Below, piece by piece: positions 9,890-19,297 of a stretch of 64,000 nucleotides of DNA; the stretch's first letter is position 1; every line of letters begins with the position of its first letter. A model generated the notes under the pieces. That model saw only the letters and a program-made list of their open reading frames with translations. It did not search any database and had not been told where the DNA came from. The position numbers and the translations under genes were made by a program. The stretch is from a virus, in the IMG/VR virus record IMGVR_UViG_3300028198_000256, positions 51,004-115,003 of that record. The stretch is one strand, 5' to 3'.

Positions 9890-10068
9890 GTTTTTAACAC
9901 CGTCACATTTCCCTCAATAACCTTTACTGTGTTTTCTTGTCTCCACGTATATCTGTCATCAAATTTATGTCCACATTTTTTATAATCATCCCACTTCATA
10001 CATAAAATATCCTCTGTCAATTTACCACCACCTTCACCTTCAATTATCGGTTGTATCATCATTCCCAT
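9886..10068 (-). CDS. Hypothetical protein
   Basis: Short ORF with GGTGA upstream. Confidence 0.5.
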   Translation of the reverse strand: MGMMIQPIIEGEGGGKLTEDILCMKWDDYKKCGHKFDDRYTWRQENTVKVIEGNVTVLKT

Positions 10069-10078
10069 ACTTCACCTG

Positions 10079-10285
10079 TCATATTTTAATTTGTGTCTTC
10101 TTTACTAATGGATATACTATATCTGTATTACTAAAACTAGGAATCTTCTCCAACAATCTAGAAGTCCAAACTACTAAAATTATTAATGATAAAAATAAAG
10201 AAAGTATAATTATTAACTTATAATCACCCCACCCCATATCAGAATCAATATAATGTATTCGATTATTTTTCGTCCGTGTAATCAT
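10079..10285 (-). CDS. Small membrane protein
   Basis: One hydrophobic helix; AGGAG SD. Confidence 0.6.
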   Translation of the reverse strand: MITRTKNNRIHYIDSDMGWGDYKLIIILSLFLSLIILVVWTSRLLEKIPSFSNTDIVYPLVKKTQIKI

Positions 10286-10327
10286 AAATACTCCTTTTTT
10301 TTATAAAGTTGTATTAGTATTTATACT

Positions 10328-10356
10328 ATAATAACACATTGCGTCAGAATTGTCAA
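10328..10356 (-). promoter_or_regulatory. Sigma70-type early promoter
   Basis: TTGACA-17 nt-TATTAT with extended -10 TG. Confidence 0.75.
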
Positions 10357-10363
10357 GGATTAT

Positions 10364-10879
10364 TTAAGTTTTACACTTAGATGAGTGAACATCCACCGTT
10401 TCCTTCACACACGTTAATGATTCAATCGTAACTTCTCCTGGATATGGCCAAGTTTGTCTTGGTGGCAATTTCCCCACCTGACTCCCATTATCATACCACC
10501 GTTCACCATATGCCATTTGATTAACAGGGTCTACCGTATCAAGAAAAGTAACTACTGTGGGGAAATACCCACTTTCAATTAACTGCAAATGATATTCCCA
10601 AGTAACTGTACCATATGCAACTATTATAACGTTATCACCAACATCACATAATTTTGCTGCGGCACCATTCACTGAAATAGTAAAAGATCTTTCATCGGGG
10701 ATTGCATATGTTGTGAATCTCTCACCATTATTAATATTATATATTTCAATTTGTTGATAAGGTAATATATTCGACTTCTCTAATATATCATTGGAAATAC
10801 CACAAGAACCCTCATAATCAATATCACATTCTGTAATTGTTGCACCGTGTATTTTTGATTTTAATATCTGTATTTCCAT
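10364..10879 (-). CDS. panD: Aspartate 1-decarboxylase with C-terminal extension
   Basis: KSKIH, YEG/SC autocleavage site, NGERFTTYAI, NGAAA. Confidence 0.92.
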   Translation of the reverse strand: MEIQILKSKIHGATITECDIDYEGSCGISNDILEKSNILPYQQIEIYNINNGERFTTYAIPDERSFTISVNGAAAKLCDVGDNVIIVAYGTVTWEYHLQLIESGYFPTVVTFLDTVDPVNQMAYGERWYDNGSQVGKLPPRQTWPYPGEVTIESLTCVKETVDVHSSKCKT

Positions 10880-10881
10880 AA

Positions 10882-11319
10882 TTATCCAACCGACCGACTA
10901 ACAAACGATTCCATACACGTTAATACACTCTCACTAAAATTCCTATGAGCATCACTTAACCCCTTTTGACCAAATTCACGCTTTAATCTATACCACATAT
11001 CTTTAGGAGTAAGTTCTTCCATAGTATGAAGTTCTTTATTAAATTTAGAAGAATAGTTCTCGGTAACTGTTTTAAATTTAACTAAATCTGAATATAATCC
11101 ATATTCTTTACCACGTCTTGGATCAAACGTAACATATCCAGACATATTCTTCCCAGATACATCAACCACACACTTACTAAATGACCTAGGCTCAATTGAA
11201 TAATCTATAAGGTCTTGTTCATTCTCAAATAATTTATATACGGCATCTTCATACTTATCTTTGTTTTCAGAACACCCAACCAAAAATAATACCATAAATA
11301 CCAACACAACTTTCTTCAT
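10882..11319 (-). CDS. Lipoprotein of unknown function
   Basis: Signal peptide with lipobox LVGC. Confidence 0.75.
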   Translation of the reverse strand: MKKVVLVFMVLFLVGCSENKDKYEDAVYKLFENEQDLIDYSIEPRSFSKCVVDVSGKNMSGYVTFDPRRGKEYGLYSDLVKFKTVTENYSSKFNKELHTMEELTPKDMWYRLKREFGQKGLSDAHRNFSESVLTCMESFVSRSVG

Positions 11320-11684
11320 ATCACACTCCCATTTTGTTCAATCATAAAATCATAATATAATACATATTCAAACGAATAAGCATAATCTTCATCTAATTCT
11401 CTTAAATTTATATACTGATATACATGAACCATCTCATGCATAACCGTACTAATTATTGTACCCCTATCCATATCACGATCAATGTATATATCATATGAAC
11501 TCCTATCATCTGGGTCGCATAATGCATATCCACGTAATGGTCCACCGGGTTCATTACTTAAATCATCAACATAAATTTTAATTTCAATATCATCTGGTAT
11601 ATCTAAACGATAACATACCCACTCAATGACTGCCTTAAATACAGACACATAATAATCATTAACGTCATCGTCATACGATACCAC
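11316..11684 (-). CDS. Small zincin-type metallopeptidase-like protein
   Basis: TVMHEMVHVYQ (HExxH). Confidence 0.65.
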   Translation of the reverse strand: MVSYDDDVNDYYVSVFKAVIEWVCYRLDIPDDIEIKIYVDDLSNEPGGPLRGYALCDPDDRSSYDIYIDRDMDRGTIISTVMHEMVHVYQYINLRELDEDYAYSFEYVLYYDFMIEQNGSVI

Positions 11685-11690
11685 TTACAC

Positions 11691-12857
11691 TCAACGTAAA
11701 TCCACGCCAATTGCTTCAGATATATTATTATAACCATCACGTCTAAGTAATTCTACAAGTCCTATATTAATTTCAGCTGAAATTTGAGGTCCGTGAAATA
11801 TCATACCAGTAATCAAATGTATTAATGTCGCACCACTTCTTATTTTCAAATAAGCATCTTCAGCAGTATCACACCCACCTATACCTATAACTATAAATTT
11901 ATATTCATTATCTTTAACATGTTGTCCACATACCTTAATTATATGATTAGTCATAGGACGTAATATATGTCCACTTAAACCACCACGGTCATCTGGCATA
12001 ACTCGTTTTTCTATCTTACCACCATGTATGACATATGTAACCTTATCATCATCGGGTATCAATTCACGTTTTACTGTAAGATTACAAGTCAAAATACCAT
12101 TAATACCATACGTATGCATAACATCTATCATCTGACAGATTTCTTCATCTGTATGATCTGGACCAATCTTACAATATACAGGATATTCATTCAACCCCAT
12201 CAATTCTCTTACACTCTTAACCTTTACTAACAATTCTGTTAAATTTTCCATATCAAAAAAGGGATTAGATACCCCCAAATTAGGACAACTAAGATTAATA
12301 GTAGTATAATCTCCATATGGAGACAATCGTTTAAATGAAGTTAATAAATCATCTATAACATCATCCTTATCAGATACACCGTTTGTTGCAGAAACTGATA
12401 CACCACAAACACCATCGGCATGTTTCCAATCAGGGGCAACACGGTCTGCCACATGTAATGAACCAGAATTATTCAACCCATACCAAACATTAATAGATTG
12501 TGACTTAACCGCTCTCCATAATCTAACCGGTGGATTACCATCATGTGGTTCTTTTGAAAATGAACCAAGTTCAATACCAGAAAATCCTAAATCACGTATG
12601 ACAGGTGGCAATACCCCATACTTATCAAATCCAGCAGAAATCAACAATGGATTACTATAATGAACACCATTTACACCTTGAGATAACATAGTATTATCAT
12701 ACCTATATAAATATCTCAATAACTTTTTACTATATGGGATACGTTGAACCCATCCTATAATATTTTTAACTACATCGTGTGCCGTTTCAGGACACAATTT
12801 AAACAATATAGGTCGTAATAACCACTTATAAACAATCCTTTGCATTCTATACTTCAT
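11691..12857 (-). CDS. pyrD: Dihydroorotate dehydrogenase (quinone, class 2)
   Basis: PETAHD, SAGFDK, INLSCPN, KIGPD, GGLSG, IGIGG. Confidence 0.9.
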   Translation of the reverse strand: MKYRMQRIVYKWLLRPILFKLCPETAHDVVKNIIGWVQRIPYSKKLLRYLYRYDNTMLSQGVNGVHYSNPLLISAGFDKYGVLPPVIRDLGFSGIELGSFSKEPHDGNPPVRLWRAVKSQSINVWYGLNNSGSLHVADRVAPDWKHADGVCGVSVSATNGVSDKDDVIDDLLTSFKRLSPYGDYTTINLSCPNLGVSNPFFDMENLTELLVKVKSVRELMGLNEYPVYCKIGPDHTDEEICQMIDVMHTYGINGILTCNLTVKRELIPDDDKVTYVIHGGKIEKRVMPDDRGGLSGHILRPMTNHIIKVCGQHVKDNEYKFIVIGIGGCDTAEDAYLKIRSGATLIHLITGMIFHGPQISAEINIGLVELLRRDGYNNISEAIGVDLR

Positions 12858-12866
12858 AATATTCCT

Positions 12867-13217
12867 TTATAATTTATTTCCTGGATTATGCTCTGACGGC
12901 AATTCTTCATATTTCTCTTCTGGCATATGATTTCCACCACATCCACCCTCTATATGGTGGTTAGCGCCACAACCAAATTCACCAGTAAATGTATATTCGC
13001 CCAATCTTTGTGTCGTTATGTCCTTAACATTCTTAATATCATTCTTGAGTTTTGCTTCAATAGCAGACATATCTATTTCAGTTTGTTTTACATTATTTGT
13101 AACGTCAACTCCACGTTGAATATACTCTCCAACTAAAGAATTCCAATTAATATCATATGCACCATATACACCAACTAACGTACCTACCGTTAATAACACC
13201 TTATTTCGTTTTTTCAT
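12867..13217 (-). CDS. Membrane-anchored protein with repeated GCG-x-NH motif
   Basis: N-terminal hydrophobic segment; GCGANHH and GCGGNH repeats. Confidence 0.6.
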   Translation of the reverse strand: MKKRNKVLLTVGTLVGVYGAYDINWNSLVGEYIQRGVDVTNNVKQTEIDMSAIEAKLKNDIKNVKDITTQRLGEYTFTGEFGCGANHHIEGGCGGNHMPEEKYEELPSEHNPGNKL

Positions 13218-13219
13218 GA

Positions 13220-13468
13220 CTAACCTCTTTTCAAATTATCAATATGATAAACCCCATTAGTTTTCTCAAATTCAATCAACACATTATTTTCATCAAGTAT
13301 TCGTTTAATAACACCACCACTTCCACTATTACTATCCCAATCCTTAAATGCCAAACACGACATACCCACTTTAACTGCATGTGTATTAAAAAAATCAACT
13401 TCAAGCTTATCTTGAATCACTTGCAATTCTTCTTCACTTGGTTCTTTATCTTTACCAAATTTAAACAT
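13220..13468 (-). CDS. Hypothetical protein
   Basis: Co-oriented, tightly packed ORF. Confidence 0.55.
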   Translation of the reverse strand: MFKFGKDKEPSEEELQVIQDKLEVDFFNTHAVKVGMSCLAFKDWDSNSGSGGVIKRILDENNVLIEFEKTNGVYHIDNLKRG

Positions 13469-13477
13469 AATTATTCC

Positions 13478-13963
13478 TTAACATCTGTTATTATATCTAT
13501 AAATACCATCATCAATTACTCTCTTAGCCTCTGAATTATCACCCCACCCATTAACTTTTGCCCACTTGTTTTCATCTAAATCCTTATAATGTTCAAAGAA
13601 ATGATATATACTCTCCAACTGGTCAATCGGAACATCTATAATATCATACCAATCAGAATATACCTCATCATCAGGTACTGCCAATATTTTAGGATCGTCA
13701 CCCGACTCATCTACCATATGGAGAACCCCAATGACATTACATAATATTTTGCAATTAGGTATTAATGGATATGGTGTTATTACCAAAACATCAACAGCAT
13801 CATTATCACCACCTATTGTATTTGGCAGACAACCATAATTGCAAGGATAGTGCATTGGTGTGTGTAAAAATCTATCAAATCTAAGCACACCCGTTTTATG
13901 ATCAACTTCATATTTAATATGTGAAGTTCCCATAGACATTTCAATCAATACGTCAATATTCAT
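13478..13963 (-). CDS. ppa: Inorganic pyrophosphatase, family I
   Basis: IKYE, YPCNYG, GDNDAVDV, DESGDDPKI, FFEHYKDL. Confidence 0.93.
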   Translation of the reverse strand: MNIDVLIEMSMGTSHIKYEVDHKTGVLRFDRFLHTPMHYPCNYGCLPNTIGGDNDAVDVLVITPYPLIPNCKILCNVIGVLHMVDESGDDPKILAVPDDEVYSDWYDIIDVPIDQLESIYHFFEHYKDLDENKWAKVNGWGDNSEAKRVIDDGIYRYNNRC

Positions 13964-14132
13964 TTTTTTGTATATTCATTTAATACCTTTTCATTAATAA
14001 TGCCCATTTTATACAATTCATGTAATGTAACATTTACAGCTAAATACCAACCATGTCTAAACCCTGCCCTGAATGAAACCCCAGCACATATTCCTAATAA
14101 AAATATCCATATTATATCTTCCATATCTATAT

Positions 14133-14774
14133 TTAGGAGTCATGATATATTATAAGAATGTTATGTAACCATTCAACCTCATAATATTCTGCAAATTCGT
14201 GTATTCCAGAAGATAAAAAATACAAAGCAAATATCGGAAATACATATGATGAAGCTTTAAATATATATTTCGTATTAAAATTGTTAATACGTGTTCCAAT
14301 ATATACTAATATACCAATACCAATCAAAAATCCAAATAACATACCAATAACATCTGATAATACTGATGTATATAATGAGAAATAAAATAACACAACTTCT
14401 ACACCTTCTCTCAATATAGTAAAAAACGATACTAAGACAAATGCCATGGAATTATTATATTGTAAATGTTCGTTAATATGTTTATTTGCATTAACACACC
14501 AAACAGAAATATATAATAACATCAACCCAGTTATAACCTGTACATAACCCTCAAATAACTCTAAATCAGAATGTTCAAATATATCAACAAATAAATAAGC
14601 AACCAAGATTGATGACAGTATACCTAAAAATGAACCCAAATATACATATCTCTTATGTTCATATTCCGTCAACTTTAATATTATCATCAAAAGTAATAAT
14701 ATCTCTATACCTTCTCTAACAATAATAAATAAAGAACTACTTAATGACGGTAAAAAATAATCCCCAAATTCCAT
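14133..14774 (-). CDS. FTR1-family iron permease
   Basis: Two REGxE motifs (REGIE, REGVE) in a multi-TM protein. Confidence 0.85.
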   Translation of the reverse strand: MEFGDYFLPSLSSSLFIIVREGIEILLLLMIILKLTEYEHKRYVYLGSFLGILSSILVAYLFVDIFEHSDLELFEGYVQVITGLMLLYISVWCVNANKHINEHLQYNNSMAFVLVSFFTILREGVEVVLFYFSLYTSVLSDVIGMLFGFLIGIGILVYIGTRINNFNTKYIFKASSYVFPIFALYFLSSGIHEFAEYYEVEWLHNILIIYHDS

Positions 14775-14783
14775 AATATACTC

Positions 14784-15077
14784 CTAATGCGATTCATTCC
14801 CCAATGCCAATATTATATAATGAACAGCCTTTAGCAAATCATCTCTATTAGACCCATTCTTCTTACCATACCTCATTAAATATTTCAATGAATTATCAAT
14901 ACACGTATTAGTCATAGTTCCCCTAGCACGATATATATCAAGTACTTGTATATCATTATTATCATTAGTATAATGTGACACATAAGTAGATCCAATATAA
15001 TCTCTTATCTCTGATAAAACTCTAGTTTCATCATATCCTTCAGAATATGGCAATTCCATTGTTTCACTTTCTCTCAT
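14784..15077 (-). CDS. DUF3310-like phage protein (likely start MRESE at 15077)
   Basis: YIGSTYVSHY, KYLMRYGKK, DLLKAVHY. Confidence 0.7.
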   Translation of the reverse strand: MRESETMELPYSEGYDETRVLSEIRDYIGSTYVSHYTNDNNDIQVLDIYRARGTMTNTCIDNSLKYLMRYGKKNGSNRDDLLKAVHYIILALGNESH

Positions 15078-15214
15078 GGCAATGCCCCATTTAATACCCA
15101 TTTAGAAGTAGGATGTCGTTTCTTTGTATATGACCCATGCCCACTTTGTTTACCAAATGATTTCCCACGGGCATTCTTTTGATCACTTCTAAATGGTTTA
15201 GCTCTTTTACTCAT
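15074..15214 (-). CDS. 46-aa basic peptide, possibly ArfA-like (not in ORF track)
   Basis: MSKRAKPFRSDQKNARGKSFGKQSGHGSYTKKRHPTSKWVLNGALP; GGAG SD; directly behind a promoter; ATGA coupling to next gene. Confidence 0.6.
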   Translation of the reverse strand: MSKRAKPFRSDQKNARGKSFGKQSGHGSYTKKRHPTSKWVLNGALP

Positions 15215-15241
15215 AAAACTCTCCTTTTAATATTTAACACC

Positions 15242-15270
15242 ATTATAACAGATTTTTAACCAAATGTCAA
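15242..15270 (-). promoter_or_regulatory. Sigma70-type early promoter
   Basis: Perfect TTGACA-17 nt-TATAAT with extended -10 TG. Confidence 0.85.
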
Positions 15271-15379
15271 GTCATATTTTAATTTAAACTGACATTTATA
15301 ATATACCCAATACCTATTAATATTGCATTTGCACAAATAAAAATAGCAAATAATAACCCTAAAAATTTAAATTTCTCTT

Positions 15380-16333
15380 TCATGATACTAACGCCTTTAA
15401 TGATTCACCATTACGAAATCTTCGTATCGTCTCCGATACCAAGTCCTTTACACTTATTACCTTTATCTTTGATGTCAACTCAGAAGTATGTTCTATGGAA
15501 TCTGTAATATACAAAGTCCCGATATCAGACTGTTCTATTCGTTCAATAGACTTTCCAGAAAAAACACCATGAACTGCAACACAATCAACCCTCACCGATC
15601 CAGACAACTTTAATGCCTCTGCAGCACCAACCAATGTTCCCCCACCATCAATCATATCATCTACTATAACACATTTTTTACCTTCAACATCACCAATAAC
15701 ATTCATAACTTCAGACATACCCGGCTCTGGTCGACGTTTATCAATAATTGCGATTGGTAAATTTAATTCCTTTGCAAAATACCTTGCACGACCAGAACCA
15801 CCCACATCAGCAGCAACCACAACATCCCAATAAGAAGGAACAATTGCGGCAACAATAGAATCCCTCATAGTTTTTAAAGCTGATATATGTTCACAAACAA
15901 CATTGTTATTAAAAAATGCTTGTGTTTGTAAAGAATGTAAATCCATACAGATTACTGAATTTATACCAGAATAACAGAGCATATTAGCAAACACCTTACC
16001 AGATATAGGACTTCTATTAGTACGTCTATCTTGTCTAGCATATGCATAATATGGGAATATAACATTAATAACAGATGGATTTGAACGTCTAACTGCATCA
16101 ATAAGTAACATCAATTCCATTATATCATTGTTTCTATTAGAACCTACCCCAGATTTAAATCCAGCTATAATAAAAACTTCCTCTAACCGAATGTTCTCCT
16201 TAATCTCTACATAAATCTCTGAATCAGGAAAATCTCTAATTTTCACCTTGGTCAATCTCATACCAAGATTCTCAGCAACTTGTTTGGCCAACTTTGTATT
16301 AGACCGTGTTGAAATTATTATAGATTTTTTCAT
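15380..16333 (-). CDS. prs: Ribose-phosphate pyrophosphokinase
   Basis: FPDSEI, PYYAYARQDRR, DLHSLQ, IIDKRR, VIVDDMIDGGGT. Confidence 0.95.
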   Translation of the reverse strand: MKKSIIISTRSNTKLAKQVAENLGMRLTKVKIRDFPDSEIYVEIKENIRLEEVFIIAGFKSGVGSNRNNDIMELMLLIDAVRRSNPSVINVIFPYYAYARQDRRTNRSPISGKVFANMLCYSGINSVICMDLHSLQTQAFFNNNVVCEHISALKTMRDSIVAAIVPSYWDVVVAADVGGSGRARYFAKELNLPIAIIDKRRPEPGMSEVMNVIGDVEGKKCVIVDDMIDGGGTLVGAAEALKLSGSVRVDCVAVHGVFSGKSIERIEQSDIGTLYITDSIEHTSELTSKIKVISVKDLVSETIRRFRNGESLKALVS

Positions 16334-18060
16334 AAATTATCTTTACATAATGTTTCAATTATATTTTTCATTGCAATAGATTGATCATCTGGGGCAATCT
16401 CTATATTTAATACATAAGATTGTGACACATCATCTAATGCAGTTTCTAATGCATTCCTGAATTGAGAAGAATCTGATATATACATCCCAACACCACCATC
16501 CATTAAATCTGTTATTTTATCATATCTCCAATTATGAATATCATTGAACTCACCTTCCATAATTGCCTTTTCAGTAGAATATCCCCTATTATTAAGTATA
16601 AGAATAACAGTATTCAACTCATTACGAATGTGGGATGAAAATTCAGAACCCGTCATTTGAAAGGCACCATCACCAACAATGACTATTGGTCTTTTATGTG
16701 GTTTTGCATACTTAACACCAACTGCGGCAGGAACCGAAAATGACATAGATGTATAATATGCCATACATAAAAATTGTCCTTTCCTCATAGGAACATCAAT
16801 AATACCAAATAACGATTCACCTATATCTGATATTACTATATGATCCTCACTTATCAATTCACCTATAGTATCAAATACATATTCCAATTTAGTAGGATTC
16901 GTCATGTCATGTGACTTAAATGACAATTTACTGGTATCTACAATATTAGTCCATCTACTTATAGAATTATCAGATTGAATCTCAGAATCATCTAAATATA
17001 CCAAAAATGAACGAACCAATTCATAAAAATCCTCAGTTGTGGATTTTAATGTTTTAATATGTTTATTTTGAAACATGATACCATCATCCATATTAATAGA
17101 AATATCAGCAACAAAATCAAATGATTCAATATCCGTATTAACCATACCAATAGTAACAATACAGTCTGATTTTTTTATCTCATCAATAACTGACGAATCA
17201 GAAAATAAACCAGAAACACACCCAATAGAATTTCGACTGAACTCTGAAATGGTGGATTTACCAAGCAAAGTTGTAAATATTGGAATATTAAACTTCTTTG
17301 CAAAATTAAGAATATGATCTTCTAATGAATTACGAAATACCTCATGACCAATAATTAAAACCCTATTACTTGCAGATTTAAATTTATTCAAATTATCATA
17401 TGGTAAATTTATAGATTTGCATTCTTTAGAAAATGGAGTATCCTTAACAATGACATTATTAGAATCCTTCACATATGCTGGAAAGATTTTTGATGGTACA
17501 TCATCCCCATATACTGTTTGAAATTTCTTCAAATATTCATCAACTGAACGTACTATATCTTTATTTGAAAATTCAATATAAATTGGTCTAGAATGTTTTC
17601 GCATTTTATTCAATGCCAAATGAATCATAGACATATTAAAAAACATATCTTCAGAATCTAACGAATAAGTATTAGTGGTTATATTCTTGAATATATCCCT
17701 TTGTGTATTTGCATTATTGATTGTGTGATGTCTATTTGGATTTACCAATAAATCATCAGATGATGGTTTACCAACAAGAATAACAACTGGTGACCTTTCC
17801 GCATAGGCACCAGCAACCGAATTCATAATATTCATAGCACCAACTGAATACGTGACACATACCACACCACAACCACGTAATCTACCATATGCATCTGCGG
17901 CATATCCAGCAGAATCTTCTCTACTCACTCCAACATATTCCATATCAGAATGTTCTTCAATTTCACGCATAAAATTTAACGTGTAATCTCCTGGTATACC
18001 AAATATATGACCTGCACCATATAACTTTAATTGTTCTATTAAAAAATGTCCTAAATTCAT
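16330..18060 (-). CDS. ThDP-dependent 2-oxo-acid decarboxylase (pyruvate/indolepyruvate decarboxylase family)
   Basis: FGIPGDY, AGYAADAYGR, GDGAFQMTG...ILNNRGY ThDP motif. Confidence 0.88.
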   Translation of the reverse strand: MNLGHFLIEQLKLYGAGHIFGIPGDYTLNFMREIEEHSDMEYVGVSREDSAGYAADAYGRLRGCGVVCVTYSVGAMNIMNSVAGAYAERSPVVILVGKPSSDDLLVNPNRHHTINNANTQRDIFKNITTNTYSLDSEDMFFNMSMIHLALNKMRKHSRPIYIEFSNKDIVRSVDEYLKKFQTVYGDDVPSKIFPAYVKDSNNVIVKDTPFSKECKSINLPYDNLNKFKSASNRVLIIGHEVFRNSLEDHILNFAKKFNIPIFTTLLGKSTISEFSRNSIGCVSGLFSDSSVIDEIKKSDCIVTIGMVNTDIESFDFVADISINMDDGIMFQNKHIKTLKSTTEDFYELVRSFLVYLDDSEIQSDNSISRWTNIVDTSKLSFKSHDMTNPTKLEYVFDTIGELISEDHIVISDIGESLFGIIDVPMRKGQFLCMAYYTSMSFSVPAAVGVKYAKPHKRPIVIVGDGAFQMTGSEFSSHIRNELNTVILILNNRGYSTEKAIMEGEFNDIHNWRYDKITDLMDGGVGMYISDSSQFRNALETALDDVSQSYVLNIEIAPDDQSIAMKNIIETLCKDNL

Positions 18061-18103
18061 ACAACCACCTTTATTTAAAAGTATTACATAATATCTAACA
18101 TCT

Positions 18104-18886
18104 CTATAGTTCTTCTGGATTACCCCTTGTCGATTCTAAATGTTCAGCCCACGCACAACAGTCATGATACCCTGATGATGAATGATCATTAAAAGAATCT
18201 ATTTCAAATTGCAATAATCCACCACACATACCCCATATATATTGTCCAATCAAATACATTCTAGAATATCCAGAAACAACCCTACCATTACAATCAAAAT
18301 ATTTTAATAATCCAATATGTCTGAATCCAACAAGTTCTAATGGGTGTCGTGTAACTATATCACAATTATTTTTAAATCTATAAAATGTTGGAGTAAACGA
18401 AGATGCAAAATCAGAATCACCCACTCTAGGCGACCCAAAAGTATATCCTATAGAATCTTTTCCACCAAATCGTGATGAGGCTAAAGTACATAAAGCAGCT
18501 CCCAAACTATGACCTGTAAAATATACATTCCTGTGTTTATCTCCGACTATTGAATAATCTACATAATGTTGAAACAAATCATCATATATCAAGTCTAATG
18601 CACCCTTAAACCCCCTATGAACACTACCAATACTGTCTGATTCAACCTTTCTAAATTTTATATCTGCCTCAATATCTGACAATTGTGTCGGTTCCGTCCC
18701 CCGAAATACATATATAATATCTTCATCATCCCATAATCCATAACATTGAGTAGACCCATTATTAAAAAACTTAATATCATATTTCTCTGAATATATTTCT
18801 GAGAAATCTGCAACATCCAAATAAGCATTCATAGACAATCCAGAAAAAAACGTTGCATTTTTATAACTAAATTCCCTATTTAACAT
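18104..18886 (-). CDS. Lipase, class 3
   Basis: VFRGT, VHRGF, TGHSLGAA, TFGSPRVG, NNCDIV. Confidence 0.9.
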   Translation of the reverse strand: MLNREFSYKNATFFSGLSMNAYLDVADFSEIYSEKYDIKFFNNGSTQCYGLWDDEDIIYVFRGTEPTQLSDIEADIKFRKVESDSIGSVHRGFKGALDLIYDDLFQHYVDYSIVGDKHRNVYFTGHSLGAALCTLASSRFGGKDSIGYTFGSPRVGDSDFASSFTPTFYRFKNNCDIVTRHPLELVGFRHIGLLKYFDCNGRVVSGYSRMYLIGQYIWGMCGGLLQFEIDSFNDHSSSGYHDCCAWAEHLESTRGNPEEL

Positions 18887-18887
18887 A

Positions 18888-19094
18888 TCAATCTCCAGAA
18901 CAATTAACTTTTATTGAATTTGGCGCCACAGCCTCACTTACTTGTTCACGAAGGGCAACTCTGCCCATATCACTAATAGAACAATATTGTTCTACTGTAT
19001 GATATGCCGCCAATTTTACTGTATCCATCTTAGAACAACCATACAACATGATAATAATTGACATTATCAAACTCAACTTAACTAACCTTTTCAT
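18888..19094 (-). CDS. Small lipoprotein
   Basis: Lipobox LYGC; GGAG SD. Confidence 0.7.
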   Translation of the reverse strand: MKRLVKLSLIMSIIIMLYGCSKMDTVKLAAYHTVEQYCSISDMGRVALREQVSEAVAPNSIKVNCSGD

Positions 19095-19095
19095 A

Positions 19096-19224
19096 TTACT
19101 CTCCTATTATAATTTTACCTTCTAATGTTTGTGAAGCCGATATTCTTATTGGGGTCATATTAGAACACCCAATAGACGAAATAATAATTAATAATATCAA
19201 ATTCACTTTAACTAACTTTTTCAT
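19096..19224 (-). CDS. 42-aa lipoprotein-like peptide (not in ORF track)
   Basis: MKKLVKVNLILLIIISSIGCS..., signal similar to the downstream lipoprotein. Confidence 0.5.
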   Translation of the reverse strand: MKKLVKVNLILLIIISSIGCSNMTPIRISASQTLEGKIIIGE

Positions 19225-19254
19225 ATACCACCCCGCACATATATCTTCTGGTTA

Positions 19255-19285
19255 GAATAATTCCGTCAAATTGGCGGAATTATTC
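19255..19285. terminator. Stem-loop, probable terminator or processing hairpin
   Basis: GAATAATTCCGTCA-AAT-TGGCGGAATTATTC inverted repeat. Confidence 0.5.
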
Positions 19286-19297
19286 ATAATAAATATA

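Noticed and set aside
12867-13217. EGGCG/GCG repeats as a RiPP metallophore precursor (EGKCG-repeat type)
   Set aside because: Only two imperfect repeats and no modifying enzyme gene nearby.
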